From positions 1,590,001-1,622,000 of the forward strand of contig NZ_CP010904.1 in assembly GCF_001017655.1 (NCBI RefSeq): a stretch of 32,000 bases of DNA. Direction: 5' to 3'. The stretch is from Kiritimatiella glycovorans (GTDB lineage Bacteria > Verrucomicrobiota > Kiritimatiellia > Kiritimatiellales > Kiritimatiellaceae). A program made the translations under genes and the position numbers. The notes below the pieces were generated by a model. That model was not told where the DNA came from. It did no database searches and saw only the letters and a list, made by a program, of their open reading frames with translations. Of the stretch, positions 25,835-32,000 are shown one piece after another; the stretch's first letter is position 1, and each line of letters begins with the position of its first letter.

Positions 25835-25971
25835 GGTCAGCAGCGTAGAAGACCACGCGATCCGAGTCCAGCAGAAAATCGGGTTTTTTCTGTTGCGCTC
25901 GGGGGGGGGTAGACTACGATTGTTTCAGTGGTAGCGCCATGGTGGGGCTACCTGAGTAGTTACCTCCTCTG

Positions 25972-26170
25972 TTGCGTTATCGGAACAACATCACAACCAC
26001 CCGCACTAAGCGGGTCTATTCGCACCTAGACATATAAAGGGGTGGAGGTCAAGCTGGAATTGCCTCATTTTTGCAAAGCTTTCTATTTTCCTAATTCACA
26101 CACATACTGGCACTAATCACTTCTTTTTATCTTATTTACATCTCTATAGCCCTCTTTTGCTTTCCCGGTC
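25972..26170 (-). promoter_or_regulatory. AT-rich non-coding region, the likely native upstream/promoter region of the PEP-CTERM gene before the IS66 insertion
   Basis: I counted 24/60 and 21/60 G+C in 26041..26100 and 26101..26160, against much higher GC elsewhere. It directly abuts the right TSD copy. It contains a TTGACC hexamer and an ACCCGC-N5-GCGGGT hairpin on the minus strand. I could not call a clean -10. Confidence 0.4.
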
Positions 26171-26216
26171 TTCAGGCCATGTTCCATTACCGGGACAGCG
26201 CGCTCAATCATCGGCG

Positions 26217-26268
26217 GCGCGCTTTGTCGCGTCCGCATGTACGGCCCCGACGGAGCGGAGCCCTCCGG
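26217..26268. repeat. REP-like double-hairpin element (family member 2)
   Basis: GCGCGCTTTGTCGCGTCCGCATGTACGGCCCCGACGGAGCGGAGCCCTCCGG is similar to 10570..10622 and 26325..26377. The first stem is slightly degenerate. Confidence 0.75.
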
Positions 26269-26324
26269 AAGAAGTTTCTCGCAAAGCTCGCAGAGATCGC
26301 GGTGAGGGGGATTTCTCTGGTGAA

Positions 26325-26377
26325 GACGCGCTTTGTCGCGTCCGCATTTACGGCCCCGACGGAGCGGGGCCGTCCGG
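26325..26377. repeat. REP-like double-hairpin element (family member 3)
   Basis: GACGCGCTTTGTCGCGTCCGCATTTACGGCCCCGACGGAGCGGGGCCGTCCGG has hairpins GACGCG/CGCGTC and GGCCCCG/CGGGGCC. It lies just past the 3' end of the sulfatase gene ending at 26406. Confidence 0.8.
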
Positions 26378-26405
26378 ACAATGCAGAGGGAAAGGGAATG
26401 CGGTC

Positions 26406-27896
26406 CTATTCCCAGGGCGTGACGGCATCTCTGAGTTCCGGATGTTCCCGCCCGAACATCAGGGTCTCCTTTTTTGTCATGGTCAGTCTGGGAGGAAGTG
26501 TCGCATCCCAGCGCTCATAGGTCTGGAGCAGTTCCGCGTAGCGTTCCGGGTTTGCGTCTTTCAGGTCCTCGGACTCATCGATATCCCGGTCCAGACGATA
26601 GAGACCGGTGCGGGCGTGGTTGTCGCCGTGGCGTGCCGAACCCCGGAGCCATTCTTTTGTGATCTTCCACTCGCCGCGGCGAATGGCCCACACATGATAC
26701 TCGGGGCGGGCGGGCGGGTGCGGGAACCGCCAGTGCAGGGTGCGCGGTTCCCATTGCTCGGCGCCGGTCACGAGGGGCAGCAGGTTGCGCCCGTCGAGTT
26801 CCGGGGCTACGGCATCCTGCGCGCCCGCCGCCGCAAGGGCGGTGGGGAGCAGATCGAGCGAGATGACCGGCGTCTCGACCACCTGTCCTGCGGGCACCGT
26901 GCCGGGCCACTGGAGCGCGAAGGGCACACGGATTCCGCCCTCGAGCGTATCGCCCTTGACCCCGCGCAGCGGCTCGTTATTCGCCCGGGTGCTTCCGGTC
27001 GGCCCGCCGTTGTCGCTCAGAAAGAAGACGAGGGTGTCCTCTTCGAGTCCGTTCCGGCGCAGCGTCGCGAGCACGCCCCCGACGGCGTCGTCCATCGCCG
27101 CGACCATCGCGGCGTAGACCTGGCGGGGGTGTTCGATCATACGGTCCGTGTAGCCGCAGTGCACCGGTTCATCGTCCGGGCTCGCCAGGTGCGCGAACCG
27201 CTCAAGATAGTCCTTTGGCGCCTGGAGCGGGGTGTGCGGGGCGTTGAAGGCGAGGTAGAGGAAGAACGGCCTGTCCGCATTGCGGTCGATGAACGCGGAC
27301 GCCTCATCGCCGAACACATGCGTCAGGTAGCGGGTCTCTTTCACCGGTTCATCGTTACGCCAGAGATAGGGGATGGACTCCCGCTCACCGTGCGGGAGAT
27401 AAAGCGTCCCTCCGGTCAGGTGACCGTAAAAATAGTCAAACCCCCGTTCGTTGGGCGTATCGGTTCGTTCGGACCGGAGCGGTTCGGCGCTCAGGTGCCA
27501 CTTGCCGACCGCGCCCGTGGCGTATCCCAGTTCCTTCATATACTCGCTGAAGAACCTGACGCCGTCCGGCATCCCGAAGGCATCCAGGTACTGGTTCTGC
27601 TCGCGGCCGAACTCGTTCTGGTATCGCCCGCTTATCAATCCGGCCCGGGAGGGGCCGCACTGCGGGGCCGTCACATAGCCGTCGGTGAAGCGCACGCCGT
27701 TGGCGGCGATTGAATCCAGGGCCGGCGTCGGAATATCCCCGCAACCGTTGAACCCGACGTCGCCGTAGCCCTGATCGTCGGACAGGATCACGATGATATT
27801 GGGCTGCCGCGCCGCGGCGGCCCGCACGGAAATCGTCAGCGCCGCCAGCGTCGAGACGATGGCACACAGGATATGTGAAGCGAAACGCATGGTCAT
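26406..27896 (-). CDS. Secreted Cys-type sulfatase
   Basis: ATG 27896 preceded by GAAGGAGAG. Signal peptide MTMRFASHILCAIVSTLAALTISVRAAAA, then PNIIVILSDDQGYGD and signature APQCGPSRAGLISGR. Confidence 0.85.
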   Translation of the reverse strand: MTMRFASHILCAIVSTLAALTISVRAAAARQPNIIVILSDDQGYGDVGFNGCGDIPTPALDSIAANGVRFTDGYVTAPQCGPSRAGLISGRYQNEFGREQNQYLDAFGMPDGVRFFSEYMKELGYATGAVGKWHLSAEPLRSERTDTPNERGFDYFYGHLTGGTLYLPHGERESIPYLWRNDEPVKETRYLTHVFGDEASAFIDRNADRPFFLYLAFNAPHTPLQAPKDYLERFAHLASPDDEPVHCGYTDRMIEHPRQVYAAMVAAMDDAVGGVLATLRRNGLEEDTLVFFLSDNGGPTGSTRANNEPLRGVKGDTLEGGIRVPFALQWPGTVPAGQVVETPVISLDLLPTALAAAGAQDAVAPELDGRNLLPLVTGAEQWEPRTLHWRFPHPPARPEYHVWAIRRGEWKITKEWLRGSARHGDNHARTGLYRLDRDIDESEDLKDANPERYAELLQTYERWDATLPPRLTMTKKETLMFGREHPELRDAVTPWE

Positions 27897-27913
27897 CTCT
27901 CCTTCAGGGTTTT

Positions 27914-29281
27914 TCAGTATTTCGGATCCTCCCACCGGCTCGGCGCCAGGGTATCCCACCACTCCGCGTACCGGGCCTTCATAGCCTCGAGCCTTTCGGG
28001 ATGCTGCGTGCTCAGATCGTTCTCCTCTCCGGGATCGCTGTTCAATTCGTACAACCGCCACCGCCCGTTCTCCGTTCGACGCACGGCCTTCCAGTCGCCT
28101 TCGCGCATACCGCGCTGCTGAGCGCGCTCCCAGAACAGGGCCTCATGCGGGCGGCCGTCGGCCGTGCCTCGCAGCCAGGGCAGCACGTTCACGCCGTCGA
28201 GCGGCTTCCCTCCGGGCTCGACGCCCGAAGCCGCGGCGAAGGTCGGCAGGAGGTCGAGACTGATAATCGGCGTCGCGCACACCCGTCCCGCGGGCAGTGC
28301 GGCCGGCCAGGAGACGATGAACGGCACGCGTACGCCCCCTTCGTAGACCTGGCCCTTGTGCCCGCGCAACGGACCGTTGAACCCGCCGTTTTGTGGCTTG
28401 CCGCCGTTGTCGCTGATGAATACCACCAGTGTGTTTGCGCGCTGACCGGTCTCCTCGAGATGATCGAGCAGGCGGCCGATATTCATGTCGAGGTTGTCGA
28501 CCATGGCCGCGTAGGTGCGGCGCTTCTCGTCCCCGATGGATTCATATTTGGCGATGGTCTCTGCCGGGGCCTCCAGCGGGACATGCGGGGCGTTGAAGGG
28601 CAGATAGATGAAGAACGGGCCCTCCTCCGCCCGTTTCATGAATCCGATCGCGTAGTCGGTAAGCTGATCGGTCAGGTAACCTTCCTGTTCGGGCAGCTCG
28701 ACGCCGTTGATCTGCAGCGGCGTGGTGTAGTGATAGAGGTAAGGCGTCTCGGTGTCCGAGTGATCGCGCGACCACCGGAGCCTGCTTTTTTCGTATTGTT
28801 CCGGGAAGTACTGATGTCCGCCGGTGAGGAAACCGAAGAACTCGTCGAATCCGCGATTGATCGGGTGGAACTGCTCCGCCGCTCCGAGGTGCCATTTCGC
28901 GATGGCGCAGGTGCGGTAGCCGCCGCGTCGCAGGAGGTCGGCCATGGTCTCTTCTTCGAGGTCCAGCCCCTGCGTCCGGTCGACCGGCCAGTTGCCGGGA
29001 TTGCGCCAGTACCCGTGCCGCTGCTGGTAACGCCCCGTCATGAACCCCGCCCGGCTCGGACCGCAGTACGGAGCGCTCACGTAGCCCTGCGTGAGCCGGA
29101 CGCCTCCGGCCGCCAGGCGGTCGAGACTGGGCGTCCGGATATCCTCGCATCCGTAACAGCCGAGATCGCCGTAGCCGAGGTCATCCGCGACGATAAACAC
29201 GACATTCGGCTTCTCTTTCGCCGCGGCCGCCGACAGGTGCGCGACCATCAGCGCAGAGATTAAGGCGAACTTCCTGATCAT
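27914..29281 (-). CDS. Secreted Cys-type sulfatase (tandem paralogue of 26406..27896)
   Basis: Signal peptide MIRKFALISALMVAHLSAAAA, PNVVFIVADDLGYGD, and signature APYCGPSRAGFMTGR. Clearly alignable with the downstream sulfatase. Confidence 0.85.
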   Translation of the reverse strand: MIRKFALISALMVAHLSAAAAKEKPNVVFIVADDLGYGDLGCYGCEDIRTPSLDRLAAGGVRLTQGYVSAPYCGPSRAGFMTGRYQQRHGYWRNPGNWPVDRTQGLDLEEETMADLLRRGGYRTCAIAKWHLGAAEQFHPINRGFDEFFGFLTGGHQYFPEQYEKSRLRWSRDHSDTETPYLYHYTTPLQINGVELPEQEGYLTDQLTDYAIGFMKRAEEGPFFIYLPFNAPHVPLEAPAETIAKYESIGDEKRRTYAAMVDNLDMNIGRLLDHLEETGQRANTLVVFISDNGGKPQNGGFNGPLRGHKGQVYEGGVRVPFIVSWPAALPAGRVCATPIISLDLLPTFAAASGVEPGGKPLDGVNVLPWLRGTADGRPHEALFWERAQQRGMREGDWKAVRRTENGRWRLYELNSDPGEENDLSTQHPERLEAMKARYAEWWDTLAPSRWEDPKY

Positions 29282-29294
29282 TTTCCCCTCCTCT

Positions 29295-30257
29295 TTACGG
29301 CTTCTCCACGTCGAGATAGCGGGATTTATGCCAGCGTTCGAGCACGTGCTCCTCCGCCACGTTGCGGGACGGATCGAACTCGACGTTGCGTGAGTTGAAC
29401 TCGGGCTGGATATAGAGGTATTCGAACCGCAGCATCGGTTTCTCGGCGCCCATCAGCACGGGGTTCCCGTAGATCTTTCCGTAGAGTCCACCGACCCGCC
29501 CCCGGTCGTCGGTCCGGCTGCGGATGCGGAAATACCACCCGCCCGGCGGCGGGCCGCTGAGTTCGGATTTCATCTCCTGCACATCCTCGAAGAGCTGACG
29601 GCGCCGATATTTCTTCCGGGGCGCTTCGTGCGCGGAGCGGAGGCTGCTTTTTTCTTCGAACGAGGGCGCGTCCATCGGGAGAATACCGTTGTGTTCGCCG
29701 GGGAACCGGGCCTGCATGACCGCTCTGAACGCGGACTCCGAGGCGTGGCGGCCCTTCGCGCTCAGACGAATGTCGGCAACCTCCCCCTCGCCGTGCGGCG
29801 GAAGCCAGTCCACCTTGACAAGGTCGAAGCCGAGCGGTTCGCCCTGCGCGGGAAACGGCAGGATCACCTTCCTGAGCGCGATCATCGGAACGGGATTTTT
29901 CTTCGGCTTGAGCACCACCTGCTGCCGGACGCTTCGCGCGCGGAATGCGAACGACCAGGAACCGGCGTAGTAAGCGGGGTGGTCGACGTCGAATTCCAGC
30001 GCGCCGCTGGTTCGTCCCCGGATCATGACCCCGCCCTGAGGTCCGGTCTGTCTGACGACCTCCCTGATGCGTTCCCCGTAGGGATCGACCGACCAGTAGG
30101 GCACCCGGGCCGTCACCTCCGCACCGTGGACGGGCCGCTCTTCCGGATCGACGACTTTGAGGGCGATGCGCGCGTCGAAATTATCCGCGCCGCCCTGTCC
30201 GGCCGACACGCTCGCGGCCAGCCCCAGCAGCAACACCATATACTTTACTCGCAACAT
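29295..30257 (-). CDS. Secreted hypothetical protein
   Basis: Signal peptide MLRVKYMVLLLGLAASVSAG. Tightly packed in the operon (6 nt after the upstream stop, 13 nt before the next start). I recognise no motif with confidence. Confidence 0.6.
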   Translation of the reverse strand: MLRVKYMVLLLGLAASVSAGQGGADNFDARIALKVVDPEERPVHGAEVTARVPYWSVDPYGERIREVVRQTGPQGGVMIRGRTSGALEFDVDHPAYYAGSWSFAFRARSVRQQVVLKPKKNPVPMIALRKVILPFPAQGEPLGFDLVKVDWLPPHGEGEVADIRLSAKGRHASESAFRAVMQARFPGEHNGILPMDAPSFEEKSSLRSAHEAPRKKYRRRQLFEDVQEMKSELSGPPPGGWYFRIRSRTDDRGRVGGLYGKIYGNPVLMGAEKPMLRFEYLYIQPEFNSRNVEFDPSRNVAEEHVLERWHKSRYLDVEKP

Positions 30258-30263
30258 GGCGAT

Positions 30264-32000
30264 TTACTCCTCCATCGGCGTGAACGACAGCACGCGAATA
30301 CGGTGCCGTCCGCCGTCAAATCCTGCGTCCCCGGGATAAAGGACCTCATCGTCTTCGCCGGTGACATAGGGATCGCGCCAGACCACCGCCACGGCGCGCG
30401 CTTCAGCCGCCACCAGGCTTTCATCCTCCCTCGACTGCGCCGCCAGAAAGATCGTGAAAAGCTGCTGGCGAACCGTGAACAGGCGCAGGCTGCGCATCAC
30501 GATCTCCTCGGCCTCGAACTTGTTGTCGACCCCCAGCGCGTCCGCCCAGTCCTCCCGGCTCGCGGACCGCCAGACGTCCACCAGCCGCGCGTACCCTCCG
30601 GCGGGGCGTTGGTTCAGGATAAGCTCGGCGGCCTCGAATGCGGAGGCGGGTGAGAGGGGCTGCGTCGACGACTCCGGATCGCCGGACATATCGGTGTTGG
30701 CGGCCAGGAAGCCCGCGGCGATCACCTCGGGATACGGGCTGTTGATATTGATCCGGCCCCTGGTCGAGGGCATCCGGTTGGTGATCTGGAAATAGCGCCC
30801 GACGTCCACCGCCTCCGGCCCCAGCAGCGGGATGCTCGTCCAGTGCCGCCGGTTGCTGTAGGGCTGGCGACCGATGTGCGAGAGCGAGTCGAGCACGGGA
30901 TAGCCCGGATCCTCATCGATCTCCGGGTAGTAGAGCAGGTGCGTGCCGTCGGAGTCCGGCGACTGGTTGACGTCCGTGCCGCCGTGCCCGGGATGCGCCC
31001 GGTAGTCGTAGTTCCCGGGCAGGGTGCCGGGTTCCAGCGTCCCGCCATTCGGATAAAACGTCACGATATCGCCATTGTCCAGCTCCGGCACATAATGGTC
31101 GTCGGACCGTTCCCCGCCCCACATCAGGCGCGGGTCATTGGCGACGAACAGGCGTTCATAGCTGTCCTGTCCCTCGTCCCAGACCGCGCGCTCCCGGTGA
31201 CGCGTATGATACTCGAAGTAGTGCATGCCGGCCTTATATTCATAGCCCGAAAGTTCGAAGGCGCGGAGTACGCGGGGGTGAATCACGACCTTGTTGTCGC
31301 GCGAAAAGGTCACGTTGTACTCGTAATCGATACGAACCACCTCGCCCGGCTCCATGGAATCGGAACCGCCGAGCGCCTCGGGGAATGTGGGCGCGCGGCA
31401 GGAATTCTGTATCCAGCGGTAGATCCTGTCCGTCTCAGGCTGGGCCTCATGAGGACTCACGACACCCTCGTCATGCCATCCGGGATCCCCGCTCGACTGC
31501 CAGCGGAAGGTTACACTGACTTCGTTCGTATTCCCCGAGACCGAACCCGTATTCGGATCCGTCGTCTCGTAATAGAGGTTCCCGGGGTCAATGCGCAGAT
31601 AGGGATAGAGTTCCTCCACGTCAATGGCGCGCTGAAACGGATTCACATATTCGACCGTGGCACGCAGCTGCACCTCCGTATCGGAGATCACGCCGTTGGT
31701 GGTCATTACGGGGTGTGCCCAGGTGCGGACCTGCGTGGGGTACGGCACCGGCTGGAGATAGGGCCACTTGCGCAGGTAGTGCCACTGGTCATGCCGACTG
31801 GCCACGTAATCCGTATGAAAATACGTGGTGTCGACTTCCGCATTATGATAACTCGGCACCGCGTTTTCGATGCCGCGCCCGGCATTGTACATGGCGAGGA
31901 AATCGACCATCATCCGACTGGTCTGCTCCAGCGTCTCGAAGTCGTATTCCGGCTCGATCGGAATCTCCGGACGGGTCCCGCTGAGTTCGTACGCGCCTGA
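30264..32000 (-). CDS. Large secreted protein with a GspK-like (type II secretion minor pseudopilin) C-terminal region; 5' end lies beyond the window
   Basis: The frame stays open from 31913 to nt 32000 with no stop, so the gene is partial. GRININSPYPEVIAAGF...AAELILNQRPAGGY...FTVRQQLFTIFLAAQS...ARAVAVVWRD resembles the GspK (G-K-I-N-x-N-T-A ... R-S-x-x-F ... A-V-V-x-R) pattern. Confidence 0.4.
   Translation of the reverse strand, partial: SGAYELSGTRPEIPIEPEYDFETLEQTSRMMVDFLAMYNAGRGIENAVPSYHNAEVDTTYFHTDYVASRHDQWHYLRKWPYLQPVPYPTQVRTWAHPVMTTNGVISDTEVQLRATVEYVNPFQRAIDVEELYPYLRIDPGNLYYETTDPNTGSVSGNTNEVSVTFRWQSSGDPGWHDEGVVSPHEAQPETDRIYRWIQNSCRAPTFPEALGGSDSMEPGEVVRIDYEYNVTFSRDNKVVIHPRVLRAFELSGYEYKAGMHYFEYHTRHRERAVWDEGQDSYERLFVANDPRLMWGGERSDDHYVPELDNGDIVTFYPNGGTLEPGTLPGNYDYRAHPGHGGTDVNQSPDSDGTHLLYYPEIDEDPGYPVLDSLSHIGRQPYSNRRHWTSIPLLGPEAVDVGRYFQITNRMPSTRGRININSPYPEVIAAGFLAANTDMSGDPESSTQPLSPASAFEAAELILNQRPAGGYARLVDVWRSASREDWADALGVDNKFEAEEIVMRSLRLFTVRQQLFTIFLAAQSREDESLVAAEARAVAVVWRDPYVTGEDDEVLYPGDAGFDGGRHRIRVLSFTPMEE

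Larger units (their letters stand above)
23249..25963 (-). mobile_element. Complete IS66-family insertion sequence, copy B (2715 bp), with non-canonical gene content (DUF4338 + TnpC)
   Basis: Terminal IRs GTGACTACTCAGGTACCCC (23249..) and, read inward from 25963, GTAACTACTCAGGTAGCCCC. Perfect 8-bp direct repeat CTCCTCTG at 23241..23248 and 25964..25971. Size and 8-bp TSD fit IS66. Confidence 0.9.

Noticed and set aside
549-32000. Other long antisense or overlapping ORFs in the track (e.g. 549..1259+, 1368..2096+, 1862..2758+, 3604..4572+, 4648..5835+, 5697..6710+, 13525..14892+, 15895..16992-, 16638..18377+, 19033..19941-, 20397..21266-, 22407..23252+, 24917..25912+, 26157..27713+, 27875..29263+, 29628..30653+, 30843..32000+)
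   Set aside because: Each lies opposite or out of frame to a gene with a clear family signature. They are rich in R/P/G/A, as expected when stop codons are rare in GC-rich DNA, and none shows a motif I recognise.

Overview
High-GC bacterial chromosomal window. It looks like a sulfatase-rich PVC-superphylum organism (Kiritimatiellota, Verrucomicrobiota or Lentisphaerota-like). That placement is only an inference from five Cys-type sulfatases, a PEP-CTERM protein and a GspK-like pseudopilin gene. Most genes are minus-strand glycan-utilisation operons: (a) two MDR dehydrogenases, GH65, a sulfatase and secreted hypotheticals, beside a divergent LacI regulator; (b) a sulfatase, an SGNH acetylesterase and a GH78 rhamnosidase; (c) a GspK-like protein, a secreted hypothetical and two secreted sulfatases. 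Four insertion sequences from three families have remodelled the locus, and I could map all ends that lie inside the window. The two IS66-family copies are inverted: copy A is partial at 1..529 and copy B is complete at 23249..25963 with an 8-bp TSD. They bracket 22.7 kb. An IS4-family element (7741..9223) sits in the LacI/operon divergent promoter region. An ISL3 element (19003..20425, 8-bp TSD) splits a beta-helix protein gene between its signal peptide and mature domain. The most unusual item is the IS66 element itself. In place of canonical TnpA/TnpB it carries a DUF4338 (Druantia DruA-like) ORF whose stop overlaps the TnpC start. Other oddities: a head-to-head junction of 5'-truncated yicC and trpB next to intact gmk; a 39-bp hairpin tandem array with a dispersed REP-like repeat family; a 74-nt G-free tract (G-quadruplex motif on the gmk sense strand); and an IS66 insertion that duplicates the Shine-Dalgarno of a PEP-CTERM gene and displaces its AT-rich upstream region. 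All protein calls come from motif recognition by eye, with no database search. Many long ORFs in the supplied track are antisense shadows typical of high-GC DNA.
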